In this document: positions 11,504 to 23,407 of the stretch, in pieces
How positions within the stretch are numbered: position 1 is the stretch's first letter
How the letters are laid out: every line of letters begins with the position of its first letter
From: Zygophlyctis sp. KS116
Taxonomy: Eukaryota > Fungi > Chytridiomycota
Assembly: GCA_054661495.1 (NCBI GenBank)
Contig: BAAFSQ010000026.1
Location: forward strand, 30,001 to 62,000
DNA: 32,000 nucleotides
Direction of reading: 5' to 3'
The notes under the pieces: generated by a model
Databases searched by the model: none
Seen by the model: only the letters and a program-made list of their open reading frames with translations
What the model was told of the DNA's origin: nothing
Position numbers and translations under genes: made by a program

Positions 11504-13216
11504 TTAGTCGCCGTGAATAAATGCCATCAAATCAGCAATTTCTGGTCTTTTTGATGATTTTCTAGAAAGCATCATTTGTGCTAATTTTATAATTCCAGGG
11601 GATAATTCAATCTTGTTTTCTTTAAATATTTTTGGTAATGAGTGAGGATCCAAGATTTCTTTTTCGTTTCCTAGAAATTTCTCAAGATCTATAGGAAATC
11701 GAGTCTGGAAAATTATTGATAGTAACAAGACTCCAATTGAATAGATTTCTTGAAGTTCTGGTGAAAAAAAGTTTCCCGTTCGGACTTCTGGTGATGCATA
11801 GAATATTGTTCCTGCAAATTCTGATGCAGGGATAAGATCAGTAGAAATTTGACGGCAAGAGTCCAAATCTATAAGTTTGACATTAAGAGTTTCTGAATTT
11901 ATAAGTATATTACTATCCTTGATATCATTATGGGTAAATCCCAAGGTTTGAAGATCAGAAAGTCCTTGAATTACGCCAGAAAATATATTCATGATTTCTG
12001 ATTCCGTTAATGGTTTTTTTCTTTTTTTTAAATAAGCAAGTAAATCAATCCATTCTGATCCTTCATCTTGTGTAACTAGTGCCCATGTTTTTTCAAAGTG
12101 AAAATGATCTATATATTTTATAAATAAGGGATTTGAGCGATCTTCTTCTGGATTATTTAGAATTTTTAAAAGGAAAATTGAGACTGGTAATTTACCAATA
12201 TAGTTCCATGATTTGATTGAAGTTTCTTCAACAATTTTTATAATCACTGGTAGAGAATCAATTTTAGATTCTCCAGAGTAAATCTTTCCTTGGGTTCCAC
12301 GACCAATGGTTTTATTCATCTAAAATTTAAAAATAAAGAATACAGTATATCGGAGATTGAAATCAGCCATTGTTTTCACCAATTTTCTAGCTCTAGATCC
12401 GTCATTTTCTTCTACCCATCTCATATTCTTTAGTAGTCCAGTCAATTTTGAATTGATTCTTGTAAGAACTGGTAATTGTTTCTTGACATCTTCATCTGAT
12501 GCATTAGACACTGAATTCCTTCTAGAAATTGAATTACTACGTAAAGGTAATTCATGACCACTTAGATTTGAAAGATCTTTTGTTGTGGCTCTTCGGAGTA
12601 GATCAATAGAGAAATTAGCCTTTTTTCCTTCATAATTTGAATTTGAATCAATAGTAGATCCATTATTATTTGAAGGATCAATTGGAGACTGCCCTTTTTT
12701 TCCAATTCCACTTGCAGCTCCACTAATCGAGTTTTGACGCTTGATTTCTGACGTTTTCCTTTCAATGTCAAACTTCTTGTCTTGGATAGATTTTCGAGCA
12801 GAATCATTAACTGAAGAGTCTCTTACATTATCAGTAGGCAATTTCTTAAAGCTTACATTATCTGAAGGCAATTTCTTAAAGCTTTCATTATCTGAAGGCA
12901 ATCGCTTCCCAGAATCATCTAATCCTTTTAGTTTCCGTTTAGAAAACAAGTCCGAATCTGATAGATCATTTCCGGGCAGCTTCTTATCTGAATCGTTTTT
13001 CTTATCCTGATTGCTCTTCTTTGAATATTCAGAGGCAGAATCTCTATCCATTGGCAGACGCCTTGAACTATCATTAATAGATAATCGCCTTTGAAAATCA
13101 TCTGCTAAACCTCTTGGCTTCCTTTTAGTAAAGTAATCAGAGTCTGAGAAATCAGATGTAAGCGTTGTATCAGTAGCATTCTGTATTCCACTTTGAACAT
13201 TGTTTGGAGTTGACAT
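11504..13216 (-). CDS. Atypical PIM/PASK-like Ser/Thr kinase with long disordered repetitive N-terminus
   Basis: A 24-nt intron (12320-12343) joins the two ORFs. Motifs IGRGTQG, VIIK, HNDIKDSNILI, KLIDLD, GTIFYASPE, QEIYSIGVLL. Confidence 0.8.
12822..12902. repeat. 30-bp coding tandem repeat, about 2.7 copies (KKLPSDNxSF)
   Basis: cttacattatcagtaggcaatttcttaaag / cttacattatctgaaggcaatttcttaaag / ctttcattatctgaaggcaat. Confidence 0.9.
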
Positions 13217-13281
13217 CTCAATTGTTTATGTGTGACGAGAGCGTAAACACTGAAAATGAGATTAGTCTTTTTGACATCAAT

Positions 13282-14237
13282 CTATTCAAAATGATTTGGT
13301 AATATATATGATATCTTTGATACCATTTCAGCACTTCTTTTTTCCTTTGATGTAATGATAGAATTCATATTGCTTCCTCGGGACGTATTTATAGCATTGA
13401 ATGAACCAGTATCAATTGCTTCTTCTAAAACAGGTAACACCTTTAGTAATATCTTTTGAGCATTATTAGAATTTGCTGATAAGTTTGCAACGACTGCTTG
13501 AACTGAAACAGCCTCTTCAGTCTCTTTCCAACAATCATAATCAGTAGCCATACAAATCTATCCTTTAATAATGATTAAATACCATTTGATAGACTATTTC
13601 AGCTTCTCTCGCAAGCTTCGCTTCAGGAAGAGCAGACATATTAATTATATCTGCACCCCAAGATCTATACATGTGAGACTCTGCTCTAGTTGAAAAAGCA
13701 GGACCTTCCATGACAACTATTTTTGTGAAACTAATAAAGAATACCCAGTGTTTTATCTTTATGAAATGAAATACCTTCAATTTCCAAATGATGAGAAATA
13801 ATACTTGCCAACTCTGGACAAAAAGGATCAGCAAATCCAACATGTGCCACTACTCCATTCTCAAAGAATGTACTCGGACGAAATCCTTTAGTCCGATCAA
13901 TAAGTTGAGATGGAATTACAAAATCTCTTGGAGCAATCTCTTCTCTTAATGATCCAACGGCAGAAAAAGAAAGAATCACTTCTACACCCAAATGCTTTAA
14001 TGCAGCAATATTTGCTCTTGCATTAACTTCAGAAGGATTTTGATAATGTCCTCTCCCATGTCTAGCCAAAAATGCCACTTTATGACCAAGAGGAGATTTG
14101 CAAACAATTATATGATCAGACGGGAATCCCCATGGTGTCTCTGGATACAGCTCTTGAAGAACTTCAAATCCATCTAAATGATATAATCCAGAACCTCCAA
14201 TAACAGCGATTGTAATCTTTTCATCCCAGAGCGTCAT
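13282..14237 (-). CDS. MEU1: S-methyl-5'-thioadenosine phosphorylase (MTAP)
   Basis: [75 protein letters not shown]. Introns 13717-13744 and 13558-13582. Confidence 0.95.
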
Positions 14238-14447
14238 TTTTTTCTGTTCAAGTGCGTGGAAACTCTTGTTCAAAGGGACTGTGTCTGATTTTACTGAATT
14301 TAATATCATCATTAATATCTAGTTTAATCGTTGAAGCTTCCACTTCCTGTATTCAGTAATTCACACTCAAAAACAAAGCATTTAACTTAAAATACATTCA
14401 AAAATTACGTTACCAACATAAACTAGGTACATGGTATCAAATCGAAG

Positions 14448-15030
14448 TTATATTCTCCATTTGAGCTGAGAAAACCAATAATCTTTACCGCCGACAGGAT
14501 GATTTGCAATTCCGCAAAACAAATGCATTACACCAGTCAGCGTGACTGTCCCATCTTTATTCGCAATACCACTACGGATTTGTTCCACAGAAATGAGATC
14601 TATATGCTTACCACTGAATATTGCAATTTGAGTGCCGTCCAGCACTCGTAAAAATGATCGGGCCAGCTTTGAAGCTGAATTGGTTTCTGAATCAAAAGCT
14701 TCAAAATGTTGGTATTTCCCAGCTTTTGCATCGTCTTTACATTCTTTCGGTCCATTAGGAAGAAAATCAACATTCCGTAATTTACTGCGATCATATTCTC
14801 CTTTACTTATAATCCGTAATGAGTCAATGCCAATGCACCGACAGCATCCAGCTTCTTACCTTTATATTCAATTCGTTTCTTCAAAATCATGCTGTTTTCA
14901 TCAGACTTTGACCATATGGCTACTTTTTCTTTGGGACTGTAGGCGCTTTGAACTTTTTTGAACAGGGCTGTGTCCTCAGCGGTCTAAAGTGCAGCAATCT
15001 CTTGTCCATAGGTCTTCAAATTCCGATTTT
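14448..15030 (-). pseudogene. Degenerate coding remnant of unknown family (in-frame stop plus frameshift)
   Basis: GC/CpG-richer island (sampled lines 42-48% GC). One frame reads ...QEIAAL*TAEDTALFKK...AVGALALT (TAG at 14984-14986). It then switches to a ~135-codon frame ...DSLRIISKGEY...GGKDYWFSQLKWRI*. No suitable ATG or typical tiny intron joins them. Confidence 0.45.
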
Positions 15031-15151
15031 AACGGCATGGCGTCGAAAAGCCGAGCTGTTATTGTAGATGCAGTACTAAATGGTTTAATAAGAAGAACAA
15101 ATATAATCAAAATTTCTAATAATCATTTAAATGGAAACTGATCAATATGTA

Positions 15152-16332
15152 TCATTTACCTGAATTTGAAATTGTGAATTCTTTGATTTCAGTCAAAAAT
15201 GTAAACGTCCTTCCGCTCCAATCTTGTTCAAAGGGACTATGTCGGACTATTTTGACTTTAAAATCATCATTGATATGCAGTCCAATCTTTTTCATGACTT
15301 GATGTACGCTATTCACTACTTGTCCATCAATTTGATAAATAATATCTCCCTTTAATATCCCTGCTAAATCAGCAGGGGATCCTTCTACTACTGATGTAAT
15401 TAATGCTCCTTTCTGATCTGGATGTAACATGTACGATTGAGACAATAAAGATCTATTATAATTGGTTAATGATACCATTTTAGCTCCAATTACCGGACGA
15501 ATAATCTTTTTACCCTCTTTTAAATACTGGACGATTGATAGAGCATCATTTATAGGAATGGCAAAACTAATTCCTTCTACGTCGGCCCGAGAGGTTAGAA
15601 TACTATGATTATAAATACTTCTTACCCAATAACTTGTCCGTGAATATTAATTAGAGGACCTCCGGAATTCCCATGATGTACATTACAGTCTGTCTGAATA
15701 TAATCTATCGGAGATTCATCATTTCCAATTTCTATACTCTTCCTATTTGTAGAAGAAATAATACCAACAGACACGCTATGAAACAGTCCTAATGGGCTTC
15801 CAATTGCAAGCACCCAATCTCCCACTCTGGATTTAGTTTCTGATCCCAATCTTGCTTTTTTCCATACCTTTGAAGAATTAAGATCCAAAACTTTAATTAA
15901 TGCAAGATCGCTTTGAAGATCCATTGAAAAACAAACGCCTGTGAATTCTTCATTGTCCAATGTCGTAATTGTAATTATACCATCTTCTATAAAATCAGAC
16001 ACTACATGTGCATTAGTAAGTATGAGACCTGAATCATCTATAACTATACCAGAGCCCGAAGAAAATAATTTAGTATTTGGATCCTTAGAAGATTGAACTC
16101 TAATATCAACAACAGAATCAATAACCATCTCTGCAGCATCTGCTATGAAATTACAATCTTTTTTGGTAGACATGAATCCCAAATTAGGATATGAATTATG
16201 ATTTACAGTAGTATTAAATTCTTTTAAAATCCATCCAGCGGCAAACGAAATTCCAATTATCGGACTAATTTTAGTAGTCAATGAAAGAGTCTTGGAAAGT
16301 AATTTAAAAATGTATGATCGATTGTAGCGCAT
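15152..16332 (-). CDS. HtrA2/Omi-like serine protease (trypsin domain plus one PDZ), probably mitochondrial
   Basis: NFIADAAE, SSGSG, TNAHVV, SDLALIKV, DYIQTD, GNSGGPL, GISFAIP and PDZ EGSPA..AGI..GDII. 23-nt intron at 15603-15625. Basic/hydroxylated N-terminus followed by a hydrophobic segment. Confidence 0.9.
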
Positions 16333-16369
16333 TTAATTGAAATGAGTTTATTAGAAATGCTACTAAGGT

Positions 16370-16515
16370 ACATCGGCCCCACACTTGCTCGTAAATTTTC
16401 CGCTATAAGAAAGTCGTATACACGGAAGCGGTGGGCGCCGCCTTCGCCGCCTAAACTTGAAATGTACCGTTCGGACAGAATTTTAATGAATTGGCGGCAT
16501 CCGTCGGAATAGACC
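16370..16515. promoter_or_regulatory. GC/CpG-rich divergent promoter region between HtrA and PL14 genes
   Basis: 199-nt head-to-head spacer with dense CpG and GCCGCC/GGCGG words in an otherwise CpG-poor sequence. Function is inferred from position only. Confidence 0.45.
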
Positions 16516-16531
16516 TCTGATTATTAAAAAT

Positions 16532-17578
16532 ATGGTTGCACTCTCTGCTCTATCAAGTTTGCTACAGTTCACTGATTTTTGGTCTTTAAATTTGAAAAAT
16601 ACAGCTGGACTTTCAAGCGCTGACTCATTTGGCTCTTCTGAAATGTGGGGAAGTGTTTCATTAATGTCCGGACTTAATTTTTCATTGGTTGCTGATCCTC
16701 TTACTACTATTAATGTAGATAAACAAGGAGATATTATTCCCAATGAAATACAAGAGACGGTCTTACAGATAAATTATCCCAAAGGTACATACAGAAGTCC
16801 CGGTAATACTCTTGTAAATAATGGGACAATTGTTGGTGGTGCAGAGTTTTATGCCCGGCCTTTTGGAAATACTGGAGCTGTCCGAGCCCTCTTGGAGTAT
16901 GATTTATTCTTTCCTTCAAACTTTCCTTTTAATCTGGGAGGAAAATTGCCTGGGCTTTATGGTGCGATGCAAGGAAAGACTCCTTCTGGATGTAGTGGAG
17001 GTAAGTCAGCAGATGGAATAAACTGCTGGTCAGCTCGTTATATGTGGAGATCATTTGGAGCAGGAGAGGTAAGTCTTTATGTTTAAAGAAAAAAGATTTA
17101 TGCGTATCTTCCTCCTTCAGCAAAGGATAATCTGTGTAATAGTAGACTTTACCCCTTGAATATCTGTTCTGATCCAGAATATGGGCTATCACTGGGAAGA
17201 ACAGCTTTTAAGTTTTCTACTGGAAGTTGGAATCGTCTAGCTCTACATATACAAGTTAATACACCAGGACAGTCTGATGGATTTATTCAATTTTACTTGA
17301 ATGGAGAAAAAGTAATTGAAAATGTAAATGTTGTCTTTCGTGGATCAGTTCCAGCAAATTCGCTTTTAGTGACTGATATCTTCTTTAGCACATTTTTTGG
17401 AGGTTCTACACTTCCTTATGCAGCTCCAGCAGATACATTTACTTGTTTTAAGAATTTAAATCTCAGTGTAAGTAATACTCGTATGGACATTGGACCTTCT
17501 ACTTCTAATGCAGATTACTATAGCTCTTTGGGTTTGATTGTGTATGTTATTTTGTCCGCAATATCATTGTATTTTTAA
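16532..17578 (+). CDS. Polysaccharide lyase family 14 (alginate/glucuronan lyase-like), C-terminal TM/GPI-type tail
   Basis: YPKGT, GGAEFY, F..NF.F.LGGKLPGLYG, CSGG, SARYMWR..GAGE|IYAYLP, YGLSLGR, NTPGQSDG, FFSTFFGGS. 27-nt intron at 17069-17095. Confidence 0.9.
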
Positions 17579-17606
17579 ATTAAATAAAGCCGCCATTAAT
17601 ATTTCC

Positions 17607-18622
<1,016 letters not shown>

Positions 18623-18624
18623 TT

Positions 18625-20931
18625 TTAAAGTTTTGATTTAGGCGTTTTGCCTTCCAATTCTCGATAAAGTCCATCAATGACTGATCGGTACATGTCGCTT
18701 GCATCGTTTCGCTTCAATTTAAAAGTTGGGGTCAATAACCCATTATCAATCGAGAAAAATGTAGGCTCAAGATGAATCGCCCGGACAAACTCAAAACTAC
18801 GAAATTAGTTGAAAAAACAAATTACCCGCGCAATTTATCGGCTTTCCCCAGTTTTTCCAGGTCGGCAAATACTGCATTCTTGAATTCAGGAAGACTGCAT
18901 AGTTTTAAAATACCAGGATGAGGAGGTTCGCCTGGTGGTGGGGGAGTTACACCTGGTGGCATATCTGCACCAAGGAAACCATGCGATTTTCCCCATTGAA
19001 CACAATATTCAGGATCTGGTACAACAATTGCAACTAATTGACTCTAAATATTAGTTATAGAGAAAAATACCTGGAGACTGTCACCGTGGACATAAATTTG
19101 AGCAACAAAATTACTTTTTGTGTACGTATTTTCGATTTTATCAGGGGCTACATATTCTGAAATAATCTCAAAAATTAAATCTTACCTCTAAAATGTTAAA
19201 ATGAAATTTAAATTACCCTTGAGAAAGTTTAAAAATATTCTTTTTTCTGTCAATAATCGAGAGTCTACCAGCTGCATCAATACTTCCAATATCTCCTGTC
19301 AATAACCATCCATCAGGGGTAACTGTTTCAGCAGTTTTCGCGGGATCTTTGTAGTATCCTGCAAACACATTGGGCCCACGAATGCAAATCTCACCCTTAC
19401 CATCAGTTGCCATATATCTCATTTCAGGGACTGAATTTAATTTCAGTTCCGAACTTAGATTATTGTTTTCTGTTACTTACCAAGTTAAAACTGGGCCAAC
19501 ATGTCCTTTAGAATAATCTCCCATAACAGTCATGGAAAATCCACCACAGCACTCTGTTTGACCATATGCCTCTAAAACTTCACAGCTAAAAACAGCTCGT
19601 AAAAATGTTAGTATGTATGGAGAAATAGGAGCGGATGCAGTAATTATACAACGCACTCTACTGCCAAGGACAGCCTGGATTTTCCCAAAAACGAGACGGT
19701 CCCAAAACATATGGGTTAAATGTTTTCCATTTTCCAAATTTGCCAATTTTGAAGCGAGAGCTGTTTGAAACAATTGCTGTTTAATAGCAGAAGAAGCAGC
19801 TATTTGATTTGTAATCTTATCATAGATTCTATTTAGTAATCTTGGCACAGATATGAAAATCGTAGGTCTAAGATTCTGGATATCTTCAATTAATAGAGTC
19901 ACTTTAAATTAAAATATTATCGGTACCATCTCCCCTAAAAAACCCAGCAGAAGCTCCCTTTGTAAGAATTCCCAAGAGTACAACTCTTTCGAATACATGA
20001 GCCAAAGGGAGATAAGAAATGTGAACATCTTTTGCCATAATTTCTACTTGATAATCTGCAGCTCTTTGAACCGCCACCATATTCCCATGAGTCAGCATTG
20101 CTCCTTTTGGATTTCCAGTTGTTCCTAGTATAAAATTTAGAATTTAATACCACTTGTATAACAAATGCAAAACAAATCACTAGCTTTTGGAAGTCTCGTT
20201 GGAATTTTGTAATTTCTTCCAAAATCTTCAACTTGATCAAAAGAAAAAACATCAACTCCTTTCTCTGCTGCCCATTCTTTATAAACTTTTAAAGGAGCAA
20301 CATTAGATCCAGACATTGAAGGAAAATTATCCTGGATGACAATAATTGCCTTTAGCTTTGGACATTTTGGAATTAATCCTAGTGTTAGCCCAACCTTGTC
20401 TAAAGTAGTAACTAGTATAGAAATTTGAGCATGATTTATAATAAATTCGGCCGCTTCTGAACCCAATGTATCATAAAGTGCCACAGTTACATTTGAGAAT
20501 ATTTGAGCCCCAAAATCCGCAATCACCCATTCTGTCCTATTTTGAGAATAAATTCCTAAATGCCATTTTTCCTGTTCTGACAATTTCAATACTACATTAT
20601 GAACGTATTGCAATCCACGCCCAAAATCCAATCTCCTTGCAGCAATTTGAGAATAAGTCTCCCAAATATATCCAGACCAAGCAGTAACTTTGCCAGTCTT
20701 TGAATCAAATTGAGCGTTTCTTTTTGCCAAGCATGGGGCATCTGGATTTAGTGATAATCCTCTCTCAAACAAATCTACGACTGTTGTATGATTAGGATAA
20801 TCTTTTAGCAATTCATCAGGAGAAAGTACTGAGCGATAAACTCCGGTTTCATTTGCATTAGCGGTCCCTTTTTCCTTTGCATAAATTGCTAAAGACTTTA
20901 ATTTCTCAACACTAGCATTCAATTCGATCAT
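18625..20931 (-). CDS. Long-chain acyl-CoA synthetase, peroxisomal (C-terminal SKL)
   Basis: YTSG|[57 protein letters not shown], ending PKSKL*. Seven introns: 20125-20150, 19902-19926, 19454-19480, 19188-19216, 19157-19185, 19044-19070, 18797-18825. A 2-nt exon lies at 19186-19187. Confidence 0.95.
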
Positions 20932-20960
20932 TTTCAACGCGAAAACGCAAAACGCGAAGT
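20932..20960 (-). promoter_or_regulatory. CGCG-core (SCB/MCB/E2F-like) element abutting the ACSL start codon
   Basis: Sense strand reads cttcgcgTTTTGCGTTTTCGCGTTgaaaATG. The same 17-mer lies upstream of RVS161. Confidence 0.55.
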
Positions 20961-21123
20961 TTGGCGTCGAATTGAGTAGTTTGCACCAATTTGGCTGATA
21001 TATTCCTTGTTGATTCATTCAATGCATTCAATGATCCATGAAATGTATGGCGTACTATCTATTTAGTTTTAATACTGTTATTTAGTAACAATCGCATTTA
21101 GGGGTAACCATTGTTTCACGCAA

Positions 21124-22332
21124 ATGTTGATCTCCTTGTTCTTGCTTGTACAAGTCTCTTGCCAGGTCTTTAAATTAGAGAAAATCATTCATTCCGCTTA
21201 CTCTGAAAAGGATGGAAGAGTCGGCCTAAAGTCTTTTGAACTCAAGTCTCTAGAAATGAATGAACAGATTGACTTTTCAGTGGAAATTCCAATGGAAAAG
21301 TTGCATTTAAATACAATGTATCAGCCGCTCAAATTAAGTCCGAAAGATCCAAATCATGTCTTGGCTCTTGCTAAAATGACTTTAAATTCTTACTATGAGC
21401 CTTCAGACTCTAAATGGGTTTCAATTCCAGGTTGGGAAGTAGATTATTCTTTTGGATGGACTTATTCTGGGATAAGAGGTTATGTTTTTTCATCAGGGGA
21501 AATTCAAGTGATTGTTATTAAAGGGACTTCTTTATCTACTCCGATCGGATCAGGTCCAACTGCTGCTCAAGATAAGTTTAATGACAATATGATGTTCTCT
21601 TGCTGTTGTGCTAAAGGAGGGTATTTTTAGAAAAATTAATGTTAAAGATGGGAATGGACGCCGATTTGCGAGTGCCCTCAAACGTCTTCTACGTGTTCAG
21701 TCTCATGTCTGCTAAGGCAATCGAATTTTGATGCATCTTACTATAATTTAGCTCAAACAATTTATCTTGCTGTTAAAGAATGGAGTCCAGGAGTTTCAAT
21801 ATATCTGACTGGACATTCTCTAGGAGGAGCATTGGCTTCTTTAGGTAATTAAAACCTCTTAAAATTATAGTCGCTTTAACAAACAAACTACCTGCTTTTG
21901 CATTTGAAGCGCCAGGAGATTTAATGTATGCTTCTAGAATAGGATTATTACCAGAATTACCAGTTCCAGGTAATAGTAAACCAAACTATACAGATTTTCT
22001 TTCATCTCTTGAAATTTACCATTTTGGAAATGTAGATGATCCTATTTATATGGGTATTTTCATGAAATTTTATAGTAGGAACATGTCATGGAATTTCATC
22101 TTCTTGTTATTGGTTTGATTATGCTTTGGAAAGTCAGTGTCATACTGGATATGAATGCACGTATTCAAAGTCTTTAAAGGACACGGTTGATTCGGAATTG
22201 TCTAGTATAAAATATCATTCAATTGAATGGGTGATTAAGAATTATTTAGAAAATGCATCATCAGTTCCAGAATGTAAAGTCAATCTGGAATGTATGGAAA
22301 AGGAATGTTCCTCTTGGACTTGGGTTGACTGA
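21124..22332 (+). CDS. ATG15: Atg15-like lipase (class 3, secretory/vacuolar)
   Basis: Signal peptide. LALAKMT.NSY, FGW..SGIRGYVF, VIVIKGTS, DKFNDN.MFSCCCA, TGHSLGGALASL, AFEAPG, HFG..DDPIYMG.C.G, ESQCHTG. Introns 21621-21647, 21845-21870, 22054-22078. Confidence 0.88.
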
Positions 22333-22369
22333 CCGTTTAAAGATTAGGTGTGACTAGTAAATAAAGGCC

Positions 22370-23363
22370 ATGATCTGGTCCATTGTACTTTTAATTTGTC
22401 AAATTGTCGGATTTCTGAGTCTTTTTACTTATGCAATAACTCTATTGTCGCAATCGTTTTTGGGATTTTGGGAACAGAATTTAGCTAGAAAGTATGGAGC
22501 AAAGTGGGCTCTGGTGACTGGAGGATCCAGTGGGATCGGATATGCAATCGTACAAAAGCTGGCTTCTCAAGGGATTAATACTGTGATTGTTGCCTACCCT
22601 GATAGACTGCTGACTGGTAATTGCGGTTGCATTGACTCTAGAGAAAATGGCGGCTCTCAAGCTTCAGTTTCCATTGGTTGAATTTAGATCGGTTGGACTA
22701 GATCTATCAAAGGATGATGCAATTGAAAAGATTATAAGTGAAACTAGTGATCTAAGTATCAATTTGGTTTTCAATAATGCTGGCTATATAAAACCTGGAC
22801 TGTTTGCTTCTTTGCCGATTGATGTGATAATGTCAAATTATCATACAAATGCAACAATTAATATTAAAATAACTCATCATTTTTTGAACCGGATCATGGA
22901 ACGAAAGGAAAAAGGTTTGATTTGCTTTACTGGATCTTCTGGTGGTTTTATTCCTGGTCCAATGTCTTCAATATACTCTTCTACTAAATCTTGGATGACT
23001 AATTTTGCTGCTAGTTTGGCTGCTGAAACTGCTGAAGATGGGATTGATGTTCTTTGTATTCATCCGTCTCCAATCGCTTCTAATTTTTATGATAACGCTT
23101 CAAGTAAATTTAATGAAATTAATATAATAGATATGAGTGCATTAGAAATGGTCAAAAAGATTGCTGCCTCACCTGAAGTTATTGCATCAACAGCTTTTAA
23201 ATTAGCAGGTAAAACTACTATTGTAGATCAAGGAATGACTTCTATGGCTTTTAAAATCATTCTTAAAATGTTGGATTGGAATTTATTAGCTGAAATTATG
23301 GTTCGGGCTGTGAGACATAATGATGATTATAAAATGTTTAAGAGTCGTTCAAAGGTTGAATAA
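22370..23363 (+). CDS. Membrane-anchored short-chain dehydrogenase/reductase (3-ketoacyl-CoA reductase/17beta-HSD12-like)
   Basis: N-terminal TM, YGAKWALVTGGSSGIG, FNNAG, YSSTK. Intron 22617-22641 and probably a stopless 27-nt intron at 23104-23130. Confidence 0.88.
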
Positions 23364-23407
23364 AGTAAAGTCTAAATATTTCTTGTTTCTCTAGTAAAAC
23401 CAATGCT

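Noticed and set aside
16440-16500. tRNA suggested by GTTCG in a GC-rich patch
   Set aside because: No cloverleaf, acceptor stem or T-arm pairing can be built.
20932-21018. N-terminal extensions from the ORF track (ACSL from 21018, MTAP from 14312, TFG1 from 5814)
   Set aside because: They translate promoter-like or repeat DNA or use non-ATG starts. Downstream ATGs with A-rich context fit the expected protein starts better.
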